The notes under the pieces: generated by a model
Told to the model about the DNA's origin: nothing
What the model saw: the letters and a program-made list of their open reading frames with translations, nothing else
The model's database searches: none
Assembly (NCBI GenBank): GCA_028284865.1
Contig: JANQQV010000020.1
Span: forward strand, 368,760-432,759
Direction: 5' to 3'
Origin: Rhodothermales bacterium
GTDB lineage: Bacteria; Bacteroidota; Rhodothermia; Rhodothermales; UBA10348
DNA: 64,000 bases
Made by a program: the position numbers and the translations under genes
Shown here: one piece after another, positions 46,720 through 55,005 of the stretch
Layout: each line of letters opens with the position of its first letter
How positions within the stretch are numbered: position 1 is the first letter of the stretch

Positions 46720-47841
46720 ATGGGCCGTTCATTCACATACCTGATTCTGCTCTTGCTGGCGATTCCTATGGTGGCCTGCTCAAGCTCTCCTACCGACTCG
46801 GGAGATTCGGACGAGCCTGACTTCCCAACAGCTGAGCAAGTCTTGGCCGCCATGGGAGACGGTTTCAACCTGGGAAATGTATTCGAGAATGGAGGCAATC
46901 CACCCACATTCGGAGCGTCTCAACCTGTCATAGCGGCTTACGAATTGGCTGGCATGCAGCACGTGCGCATCCCGGTGACATGGATGGACGAGTTCGGTGG
47001 AGATCATCTTGCCGATCAGGACGGAAACGTCAATTTCAGCCATTCCCGATTCCAGGAGCTCAAGCGAACCATCGATTTCGCCCTGGCCCGTGATCTGTAC
47101 GTCATTATCAACGCCCATCACGAGCGATCCTTCAAGGAGCACTACGACGGAAGCGCAGCATTCGACAACCGGTTCACGACGCTCTGGACGAACATTGCCA
47201 ACTACTTCGCGGACTACGACCACCGGCTGGTTTTCGAGTTGTTGAACGAGCCTGAAGGAGCTTTTGGTGGTTGGGGTGGCTCGGTCGGACCCACGGATCC
47301 ACTGGGATACGAGCGAACCCGTCACATCTACCAGATCGGCGTCCAAGCCGTTCGCGCTACCGGAGGAACCAATGCGCAGCGGACGATTCTCATCGGTACC
47401 AATGTGCATGGAAATCACCAGTACATCGACGAAGTCTATCCGACTATCGCGGCCGTGCCCGGTGGCGGCAGTGATCCCTACATCGCCATCGAACTCCATA
47501 CCTACGATCCGTGGGAGTTCTGTGGTCAGGATGGCAGCAACAGCGCCTTTCCAGGTGTCCAGGCCATTGAAAGCGGGATGCGCAGCGTCATCGCTCATGC
47601 CCGGACACTGGGCGTGCCGGTCCACTATGGCGAATTCGGGGTCGGACGTCGCGAGGATCAGTCAGCGCGCAATACGGACCTGGTCAGAAGCTTCTATCGC
47701 ACCATCGCCCGTGTTGCCCGCGAAGAGAACATTCCGCATTCTGCCTGGGACGATCGCGGTTGGTTCGGCCTCGTGACCGGCAATAGCCAGTCAGGCTACG
47801 AATTCCTGTACGATATCGTACCCACCATGCTGGAAGACTGA
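46720..47841 (+). CDS. GH5 endoglucanase/cellulase-family lipoprotein
   Basis: Lipobox MVAC; GFNLGN, HVRIPVTW, IINAHH, acid/base FELLNEP, HTYDPW and nucleophile YGEFG. Confidence 0.9.
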   Translation: MGRSFTYLILLLLAIPMVACSSSPTDSGDSDEPDFPTAEQVLAAMGDGFNLGNVFENGGNPPTFGASQPVIAAYELAGMQHVRIPVTWMDEFGGDHLADQDGNVNFSHSRFQELKRTIDFALARDLYVIINAHHERSFKEHYDGSAAFDNRFTTLWTNIANYFADYDHRLVFELLNEPEGAFGGWGGSVGPTDPLGYERTRHIYQIGVQAVRATGGTNAQRTILIGTNVHGNHQYIDEVYPTIAAVPGGGSDPYIAIELHTYDPWEFCGQDGSNSAFPGVQAIESGMRSVIAHARTLGVPVHYGEFGVGRREDQSARNTDLVRSFYRTIARVAREENIPHSAWDDRGWFGLVTGNSQSGYEFLYDIVPTMLED

Positions 47842-47859
47842 GCTGGATGAGGCATTCAG

Positions 47860-47935
47860 CCGGCCAATTCTGTGCTCATCACGTTGCCGGCCGATTCTGG
47901 GCTCGTCACTTTACCGGCCGATTCTGGGCTCGTCA
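47860..47935. repeat. 27-bp tandem repeat (2.8 copies)
   Basis: CCGGCCAATTCTGTGCTCATCACGTTG / CCGGCCGATTCTGGGCTCGTCACTTTA / CCGGCCGATTCTGGGCTCGTCA. Confidence 0.85.
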
Positions 47936-49228
47936 TGCGACCAACTGCTTCAGCGCATCGACCAGCTTGGCGAGATCCGGGGGCAAGTTGTAAAGGGCCG
48001 GAGTCACGCGAACACAGTCGCCCGCGGCAACTCCAGTCCGCGCAACGGTGAATATTCCAAAGTCCTCGACCAGTTGACGAACCAATGCACGGTTTGCATC
48101 CCCTGACGTCCCGCCGTTCAAGCGGAAACTGGTGATGGCACCAATCAGCTCGTCGTTTTCCGGTGTCAGGACATCCACACCTTCAACATCCCGAACTTCC
48201 TGAACCCATAGGTCGCGCAGATAGCGGATGCGTGCGTACTTGTTTTCCCAACCGATCGATTCCTGGAAATCCAGGGCGTCTGGCACAGTAAGGATGGTGG
48301 CGAAGTTCATCGTGCCCGTATGCAAGCGGCTGTAGATCGAATCCAGACTTCCTGGGTCGCCATGCGCCCGGTCGATGCCACTCAGACCAGCTTCGCGGAT
48401 CACCATGGCCCCGACACCAATAGGCGCACCGATCCACTTGTGCAGATTCAATCCCACGTAGTCGGCACCGAACCCGTCGATATCGAGCGGAATGTGGCCC
48501 CAGGAATGGGCGGCATCCACTACGACATCGATCCCTCGTGAACGAGCGAGCGCTGTGATCTCTCGAACCGGATGAATCAGGCCCGTCTTGTTGTTCGCGT
48601 GGGTCAGAAGCAGAAAACGCGTTCGCGGGTGCGCGTTCAACGCTTCCCGATACGCCTCAACGATCTGCTCCACCGTCTCAGCAGGCTCAGGAATGACCAA
48701 CCGAGCTACTTCAGCTCCCTTTCTGACGGCCAGCTCGTCCATCGCCTGCTGCATGGCCGGATAATCCAGATCGGCATACATCACCGTCTCCCCTGGCTCC
48801 AGACGATTGTACTGACTGATCAATGCCTGAAGGGCTTCTGTCGCATTCCGTGAGAAGGCGATTTCGCCTGATGAGATGCCCAAAGCTGCAGCTACGCGTT
48901 CCGTGATGTCCCGGGCTTCCCGGTTGAAACGGGTACGTGCGTAGTAAGAACTCTCCCGATTAACGCGGATGGTGTTGCGATGGAATGCTTCCAATACCGG
49001 GGTCGCCATCATGCCCCAATAGCCGCCCTCTAGATTGGTGACCTCGTCGGTGACGTCGTATTGAGCGGCGACCTGCTCCCAGTACGTTTCGTCACGTGCA
49101 ACGACTGCCGCCGCATCGTGGCGTGCTGCAGGCATCGTCGGTCGGGGCCGTCCCGAGGCTGGGACCGGGAGAGCGAGCGCAGCCGAGGCCAGGCCAGCGC
49201 GACGTAGGAATTGGCGACGAGAGGTCAT
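47933..49228 (-). CDS. PLP-dependent aminotransferase class V (isopenicillin-N epimerase / cysteine desulfhydrase-like) with Tat signal
   Basis: Tat motif SRRQFL; RNATEAL, VDAAHSWG and NLHKW (PLP lysine). Confidence 0.88.
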   Translation of the reverse strand: MTSRRQFLRRAGLASAALALPVPASGRPRPTMPAARHDAAAVVARDETYWEQVAAQYDVTDEVTNLEGGYWGMMATPVLEAFHRNTIRVNRESSYYARTRFNREARDITERVAAALGISSGEIAFSRNATEALQALISQYNRLEPGETVMYADLDYPAMQQAMDELAVRKGAEVARLVIPEPAETVEQIVEAYREALNAHPRTRFLLLTHANNKTGLIHPVREITALARSRGIDVVVDAAHSWGHIPLDIDGFGADYVGLNLHKWIGAPIGVGAMVIREAGLSGIDRAHGDPGSLDSIYSRLHTGTMNFATILTVPDALDFQESIGWENKYARIRYLRDLWVQEVRDVEGVDVLTPENDELIGAITSFRLNGGTSGDANRALVRQLVEDFGIFTVARTGVAAGDCVRVTPALYNLPPDLAKLVDALKQLVA

Positions 49229-49250
49229 GGGTTGCGAAGATTAGGCCGTG

Positions 49251-50129
49251 CTAATGGCGACGGAAAGCGAGGCCTTCCTTGAAGTCATCAGATCCGTCTT
49301 TCCGTACCAATTCCCCACCGCACATGTTGCAGCATCGTGCGTCATCCTCATGCCCCTCCTTCATGCAATGGGGGCACACACGTGGATTGACACCTCGTTT
49401 GGCGTTGATGAGCTCGGCGGACACGATCCCGGTGGGTACGGCGATGATCGCATAGCCGGCAATCATGACCAAGGCGGCCATGAATTGGCCCAAATTGGTT
49501 GTTGGACTGATGTCTCCGTACCCGACTGTGGTAATCGTGACAATCGCCCAGTAAATGCTCCTAGGGATACTGTCGAACTGGCTGGCTCCGGCCCCCCTCC
49601 CTTCGATCAGATACATGAACGATCCGATGACGATCACGGAGAGCAGCACGAAATACAGGAAAACGGCAATCTTCTGGCGGCTACGCAATAAGGCCGCAGA
49701 AATGATATCTCCCTGATACAGAAAGTTGTGCAGCTTGAAAATCCTGAAGACCCTGAGTAGACGAAGCACACGGATGACGGCTCCGACCTGGGATCCAGCA
49801 AATAGCAGACTGAGATAGGTCGGTAGAATCGAGAGGAGATCAATGACGCCGTAAAAACTCGTGATGTACTTCAGCGGCCGCAGCGCACAGTAGATCCGGA
49901 TCGCGTACTCGATGGTGAAGAAGACGGTGAAGATCCACTCCAACGCATAGAAGAGCTCGTGATACTGCGCATCCAGCGACGGAATACTCTCCAGAAAAAC
50001 CGTCGTCACACTGGCCAGGATCATCACCAGGAGCCAGATATCGAAGGTCCTCCCCGTTGACGAGTCGGCCTCGAAAATGATGTGATACAGCTTCGCCTGC
50101 AGGGGCGACAGTCGTCGTTCGCTTTTCAT
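49251..50129 (-). CDS. Voltage-gated potassium channel (ion transporter)
   Basis: S4 RVLRLLRVFRIFKL, selectivity filter TITTVGYGD and C-terminal CxxC...CxxC. Start at MKSERR. Confidence 0.93.
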   Translation of the reverse strand: MKSERRLSPLQAKLYHIIFEADSSTGRTFDIWLLVMILASVTTVFLESIPSLDAQYHELFYALEWIFTVFFTIEYAIRIYCALRPLKYITSFYGVIDLLSILPTYLSLLFAGSQVGAVIRVLRLLRVFRIFKLHNFLYQGDIISAALLRSRQKIAVFLYFVLLSVIVIGSFMYLIEGRGAGASQFDSIPRSIYWAIVTITTVGYGDISPTTNLGQFMAALVMIAGYAIIAVPTGIVSAELINAKRGVNPRVCPHCMKEGHEDDARCCNMCGGELVRKDGSDDFKEGLAFRRH

Positions 50130-50291
50130 GACGAAATGGCTAGATCGAGCACTTGTATTTCCGGCATCCCCCACGGCAGCCGTCCTTTCTCGGCCTTTCA
50201 GCTGAAAAGGACGGCCCTTGGGCATCATGCCCGGAATGATGCCCAAGGGTAGGGTCCTTCCCCAAGTAGCGCAACCGGGGATTCTCGCACA

Positions 50292-50699
50292 TCAACGAGC
50301 AAACAATCGCTCAAGCGCATCCTGCTGCGTCTTGGACAGTCCCTCGAGCATGCTGTCCGCGACATGCTCTACGGTTGTCGTCGAATCCTCCAACAAGGTT
50401 TTGCCGGCATCGGTTAATGCGACGAGACTCTTGCGGGCATCCCGGGGATGCGATTCTTTGCGAACCATGCCGAGCTTCTCCATGGGAGCGAGAATGCGGG
50501 TCACTCCTGATGCAGTACGTCCAACAGAACGAGCCAACTCTATGCGCGGCATCGTGGATGTCGGGCTCTGCGATAACTGGAAGAGCACTTGGTACTCGGT
50601 ATAACTGATACCATGGATGCTGAGATTGGCATCCATTCGTTTCAATGCGTCGGTACTGAATTGCACCATCGACATGAAAATGAAGTCTGAATTACTCAT
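50292..50699 (-). CDS. MarR-family transcriptional regulator
   Basis: ELARSVGRTASGVTRIL...MVRKESHPRDARKSLVALTDAG. Confidence 0.92.
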   Translation of the reverse strand: MSNSDFIFMSMVQFSTDALKRMDANLSIHGISYTEYQVLFQLSQSPTSTMPRIELARSVGRTASGVTRILAPMEKLGMVRKESHPRDARKSLVALTDAGKTLLEDSTTTVEHVADSMLEGLSKTQQDALERLFAR

Positions 50700-50717
50700 G
50701 ATCTTATTATTGCTTTA

Positions 50718-50735
50718 TACTTGACCGCTCAAGTA
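50718..50735. promoter_or_regulatory. Putative MarR operator (autoregulation)
   Basis: Palindrome TACTTGA-CCGC-TCAAGTA 18 bp upstream of the marR ATG, in an AT-rich patch. Confidence 0.6.
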
Positions 50736-50752
50736 CACCGCAATTTTGATCA

Positions 50753-51193
50753 TTACCCAAGTGGGCGCTGCATGGTCACCATGTCCCACCCAGGTCCGTA
50801 TCCGTCCTTATTCACTGCGACGGTTTGAAAGCCGAATTGCTCGAAGAATCCCATGACGCTTGGGATGGTCCTGAGTCGAGCATACTGGAGGCCCTCAGCA
50901 CCTGACATATCCTTCAAGCGATATGTCATCAGTGCCTTACCCAGTCCCTGACCGTGATGATCACGATGGACTATGCCCCAGGTCAGCGCAGCGATTTCAG
51001 ATGAGTCCTTTGCCCACCCTCCGCAGGCTACGACGGCATCACCCTGTTCACCGACGAAGTACACACCCGGCAATTCGTCGAGGAATTGCTCGAACTCGGA
51101 GCGATCGGCCACTGAAAAGAATTCCGGAGTGTTGCTAGTCAGCAATACCAGACAGGAATCCCGGTCCTCAGGAGTGTATGGTCTGATTTTCAT
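50753..51193 (-). CDS. GNAT N-acetyltransferase
   Basis: LTWGIVHRDHHGQGLGKAL and GFFEQFGF. Confidence 0.88.
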   Translation of the reverse strand: MKIRPYTPEDRDSCLVLLTSNTPEFFSVADRSEFEQFLDELPGVYFVGEQGDAVVACGGWAKDSSEIAALTWGIVHRDHHGQGLGKALMTYRLKDMSGAEGLQYARLRTIPSVMGFFEQFGFQTVAVNKDGYGPGWDMVTMQRPLG

Positions 51194-51238
51194 AGGTACC
51201 GTGTCCTTACGGAATCGACTAGGATCTTCGCCTCGCGC

Positions 51239-51583
51239 CTACACCAGGCAATCTATCCAGTCCAAGGCCATGTGGATGAGAAGTCCCAGGCTGGCAAGGT
51301 AAATCACCCACCATACGTTGCGCGGTTTCTCATCCCGCATCCGTCGGTGCATCAACAGGGAAACCACGAAAGCAACGACGTAGGTAGCAATCAGCGGCTC
51401 CGCATGAAACGGGTGGAAGCCGATTGAACACCGCTCAGGATCGTAGATCGGATCTGCAAACAGATGGTCCAGATCAACCGCCATCGTGGCAATCATGATT
51501 GTGAACGCAGAACGCCACAGCTTCCGATAGAAAACGCCCGCCACTACAAGCGGAATGATGAAGTGAAGTGCAATGTGAACCAC
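51239..51583 (-). CDS. DUF6122-like membrane protein
   Basis: HIALHF, TMAVDLDHLFADPIYDPERCSIGFHPFH and IHMALD. Confidence 0.75.
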   Translation of the reverse strand: MVHIALHFIIPLVVAGVFYRKLWRSAFTIMIATMAVDLDHLFADPIYDPERCSIGFHPFHAEPLIATYVVAFVVSLLMHRRMRDEKPRNVWWVIYLASLGLLIHMALDWIDCLV

Positions 51584-51586
51584 GAA

Positions 51587-52207
51587 TCAGCGCTCCTGAG
51601 CACCTTTACCGGCAATGATCTTGTCCCGGAATTTCGCGATCCGGGCGATGCGCGTTTCGGGCTTTTTAGCCCCATTCAGATTGATGACATAGCTGCGCTG
51701 TCGGCCTGGTGTCAATCGATTGAACGCTTCGGCCAATTCAACATCAGCATCCAGTGCTTCGGACAACTCTTCAGGGTAATCCAGTCTGATCGCCTCCTTT
51801 GGCGGCTTGCTGCCCGCTTTCGCGTAGCCAATGGCTTCGTCCAGATAGGAAAGGACGATGGGCTTCAACTCCCGCACCTGGTCATTCCGGGTAAACCGAA
51901 TCATGTCTGGATGACGCGTATTGGCGCCTTGCTTTTCCAGCACTTGGTGGGTATCGGTCATGAGTGCGGCATTAAAAAAGCTCAATCGAAAGTCCTTCCG
52001 GAAAGCGCCGATGATCACAATATTCCGACCCGCCGCCATGTAGCATGGGTGCGCCCATTTGAGCGTTTCCTCCAACCCAGCTTCCAGACAGAGCTGTCGG
52101 AGAGCCTCCAGTCCGGAAGTCCAATGTCGGGTTGAGCAATCAGATGTGGCATACCGCTCACATCGACCACAGCCATTGACAAAATACTCCTCGATGTCTG
52201 TGATCAT
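51587..52207 (-). CDS. YdeI/OmpD-associated family protein
   Basis: LEETLKWAHPCY, LSFFNAALM and AFNRLTPGRQRSY...AKKPETRIARI. Start at MITDIE with an ATGA overlap. Confidence 0.88.
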   Translation of the reverse strand: MITDIEEYFVNGCGRCERYATSDCSTRHWTSGLEALRQLCLEAGLEETLKWAHPCYMAAGRNIVIIGAFRKDFRLSFFNAALMTDTHQVLEKQGANTRHPDMIRFTRNDQVRELKPIVLSYLDEAIGYAKAGSKPPKEAIRLDYPEELSEALDADVELAEAFNRLTPGRQRSYVINLNGAKKPETRIARIAKFRDKIIAGKGAQER

Positions 52208-52986
52208 GCCGCGTTGTCCCCATCGGATGACCCTGGTCGTGGGCTTGCTTGCTCCTGAACCTCCACGTTCTTCCGAATCGCCACGTTCTTCCGAATTTCC
52301 TGGCCCATCGCTGACGCCCACAATCGGTAGATGCCTGGCCCAGGATGAAAACCATCCGTCGCCATCATGGATTCGTCCGCCTCGAATTCAATAGGCACAA
52401 AGGTGCATCCTTCCTCGGCACACGCATTCCTCAGAGCCGCGCTGAAGGTGTCCGCCTTGCTTCCCAGAAACCACCTCAAAGGCTGCGGGAGGGCCGGAAA
52501 TGACTTTACCGGAGGCAGCCCTGAGACCACAATGAGCGGATCCTCGAAGCGGTCCCTGATGATGGTGAAGAGTTGCCTCTGTTGATCCAGCCAATCATTG
52601 ATCCCTATGCCGGAAGTAACGTCGTTGACACCGAACACGGATACGACGACATCAAACGGCTGACGATCAATCCGATCGATACTCCGAAGGACGTTGGCGG
52701 TCTTGGCGCCGGTTCGGGCATGAAGATGCCACGCCACTCCTGACCACTCCGAAACCCGTGACAGCAGTACGCCCAGCAAGGCTTCATCTTGTGACTCCGC
52801 TCCTACTCCGGCGGCAGATGAGTCACCAAGGATAAGCAGACGCAGGCGCGGCTCGGGGCCACTGGCCCCTTCCCGCTCTCCGGGTGGCTCCGGCAATCGC
52901 GGAATACTCTGCCGAACCCTCCACCCCTGGAGGAGAAGGAACGGACCCAGAAGCACGGTCAGGATAGGGTTAGGCATGGGATTCAA
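52204..52986 (-). CDS. SGNH/GDSL lipase-family hydrolase
   Basis: LGDSSAAGVG, GVND and DGFHP. The C-terminal tail has an 18-bp duplication (IRKNVA IRKNVE). Confidence 0.9.
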   Translation of the reverse strand: MNPMPNPILTVLLGPFLLLQGWRVRQSIPRLPEPPGEREGASGPEPRLRLLILGDSSAAGVGAESQDEALLGVLLSRVSEWSGVAWHLHARTGAKTANVLRSIDRIDRQPFDVVVSVFGVNDVTSGIGINDWLDQQRQLFTIIRDRFEDPLIVVSGLPPVKSFPALPQPLRWFLGSKADTFSAALRNACAEEGCTFVPIEFEADESMMATDGFHPGPGIYRLWASAMGQEIRKNVAIRKNVEVQEQASPRPGSSDGDNAA

Positions 52987-53373
52987 TCAGGACAGCAGTC
53001 TGTCCCACTCATTCTGGTCGAAATGCCCCCTGGCAATACGAATCAGCCCATGGTCGCCAAATTCCAGCGCTTCGTACCCGCTCAGGTGAATGGATTTGCC
53101 GGTGCCTCCGGGCCCGGTGTTCGTTCCTCGCATGGTCCAATACCACTTCGTTTCGCCCTCTTCCTCGATGATCCGGTCACAACGCACGTCCAAGTCTGGA
53201 AAATCAGTCATGAATGCGTTGGCGACTTCCGCGATCGCTTCGTGACCGACGGCGGGCAGGCCGTCATTGATGACAAGCACCCCATCCTTGGTAAAGAACG
53301 CAGCCACGGATGCAGGGTCGCCGCTGCTCCAGGCTTCCGCGTACCGGTCTCCGAATTCCTGCAAGGACTGCAT
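52987..53373 (-). CDS. SnoaL/NTF2-like (ester cyclase) protein
   Basis: YAEAWSSGD...FPDL...WTMRGTNTGP...IHLSG. Start at MQSLQ. Confidence 0.82.
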   Translation of the reverse strand: MQSLQEFGDRYAEAWSSGDPASVAAFFTKDGVLVINDGLPAVGHEAIAEVANAFMTDFPDLDVRCDRIIEEEGETKWYWTMRGTNTGPGGTGKSIHLSGYEALEFGDHGLIRIARGHFDQNEWDRLLS

Positions 53374-53384
53374 ATCACCCGCGG

Positions 53385-53873
53385 TCAAAACACGCCGTTC
53401 TGATTGCGGACCTGTCCGCCCGTCATGAGGACGTAGAATCGCATGAATGCGTCGAGTGGCTGAATGGCGTCCCAATGCTCAAGGATCTCGCCGTCCACCA
53501 CCCGCCATGAATCGATGATGTTCAGCCCTTTTCCATCGTTGCCGCGATGGCTCTTGTTAACCGTGGCGTGCGAATGGAACGTCACCGTGTCACCGTCGGC
53601 GGTGATGCGCTTGACGTCGTATCCGTAATCCGGAAAACGATTGGCAAATGCCTCCACGTAATCAATCAGAGCCAGAATGCCGTCCGGGATGTTTCGATTG
53701 TGCTGCACGTAGTTCGCATCACCGAATTCCTTGCGGACGTAATCGAAATCGTGGTCGTTCATGAGATGCTGAACGAACTCCGCGATCCGTTCCGCATTGG
53801 TCCGTTCTTTCTCGGTCCAGTGATCTTGTTTGAGCGCTTCAAAATCGACGTTCAATGTGTTCATTCGGGTCAT
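53385..53873 (-). CDS. SnoaL/NTF2-like protein
   Basis: YVQHNRNIPDG...ADGDTVTFH...DSWRVVDGEILEHWD. Confidence 0.85.
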   Translation of the reverse strand: MTRMNTLNVDFEALKQDHWTEKERTNAERIAEFVQHLMNDHDFDYVRKEFGDANYVQHNRNIPDGILALIDYVEAFANRFPDYGYDVKRITADGDTVTFHSHATVNKSHRGNDGKGLNIIDSWRVVDGEILEHWDAIQPLDAFMRFYVLMTGGQVRNQNGVF

Positions 53874-54832
53874 CCTCCTGGAAGGGCTTCTACCAATTCG
53901 ACCATGCGCTTCAAGTGCTCTTCAGTCGGCATCTTGCCTCGACCGGCGCCCAGGTTGTCAAGCATATGCTTCGGATTGCTGGTGCCCGGTACGGCCACGG
54001 TTACGGCTGGATGGGCCACCACAAATTTGAGCATGAATTGCGCCCAAGAGTAGGCGTCGAATTCAGCAGCCCACTCGGGCAACGGGCGATCACCGATGCG
54101 TGACCACATACGCGTGCGACCGAACGGCAAATACACCATCACGCCAATCCCCAGCTCTTGAGCCAGCGGGAAAATCATCTCGGCAGCGTCCCGGTTGTCC
54201 ACGGCGTAATCGATCCCGATGAAGTCGATCGGGTACGAGCGCATGACTTCTGCCAGGCTTTCGTAGTCCCGGGTCGTCGTGATTCCGATGTGACGAATAC
54301 GCCCTGCTTCCTTGTACTCCTGGAGGATTCCCAGCTGAGTCGGAGGGTCTCCCATGTTGTGAACCTGATTCAGGTCGATGACGGGGACGCGCAGACGCTC
54401 AAATGAGCGCTCAATCTGTTCGCGAACCGCCGCCGGATCGGCAGCACCACCTCCGCGGCCCGCCACGTTGACTTTGGTCGCCCAGAAGATGTTTTCGCTG
54501 AAACCGTCCTCGTCAGCCCATTCCCCGGCGTAGATCTCGGACCCACCACGACCGTATCCAGCCGCACTGTCAAAGACACGACCTTCCCCTTCCGCGCCTT
54601 CCGCAAGCGCCTGGAGCACAGCTCGATGGCCGTCCAGCTCTTCGTGCGTCGCGTCAATATTGATCCACCGCCCGCCGAGGCCAATGATGGGAATAGGGAC
54701 TTCTGATGACGGAATCAGGCGCGTCATCAACGGATCGTCCATCAACAACCGGAGGGTACCTGGATTCAGGCCGATTGCAGCGCCTGCAGTAGCCACTGAG
54801 CTCAGGCGAAGCCATTCTCTGCGAGTGATCAT
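53870..54832 (-). CDS. Aldo/keto reductase with Tat-like N-terminus
   Basis: TRREWL; DSAAGYG, WATKV, IDLNQVHN, GRIRHIGIT and VPGTSNPKHMLDN. Confidence 0.88.
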   Translation of the reverse strand: MITRREWLRLSSVATAGAAIGLNPGTLRLLMDDPLMTRLIPSSEVPIPIIGLGGRWINIDATHEELDGHRAVLQALAEGAEGEGRVFDSAAGYGRGGSEIYAGEWADEDGFSENIFWATKVNVAGRGGGAADPAAVREQIERSFERLRVPVIDLNQVHNMGDPPTQLGILQEYKEAGRIRHIGITTTRDYESLAEVMRSYPIDFIGIDYAVDNRDAAEMIFPLAQELGIGVMVYLPFGRTRMWSRIGDRPLPEWAAEFDAYSWAQFMLKFVVAHPAVTVAVPGTSNPKHMLDNLGAGRGKMPTEEHLKRMVELVEALPGG

Positions 54833-55005
54833 GAGTCCATTCATTTGTGGGTGCACAACGGGCTGCCGCAAAGTACGTCAATGAGAAAAAAGCGTATACC
54901 GGAGGCGCCAAACCGTTCCTGATTGCATCCCTACACCATGAGAAACCCGCCCAAGAATGGTTAATCCGCTTGAGCCCAGTTCAAGGGGTTCATATTCTCC
55001 GGTCA

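Noticed and set aside
47860-47935. Possible CRISPR array
   Set aside because: The repeats are directly adjacent with no spacers, and there are no cas genes.
52263-52296. 18-bp duplication at the SGNH C-terminus
   Set aside because: It is an in-frame two-copy slippage in a low-complexity tail with no evident function.
44525-54832. Run of small minus-strand genes (GNAT, VOC, SnoaL, YdeI, MarR) resembling an integron cassette array
   Set aside because: There is no intI. Most gaps are too short or overlapping, and I found no repeated RYYYAAC...GTTRRRY attC sites; only one atypical inverted repeat (46172-46260) is present.
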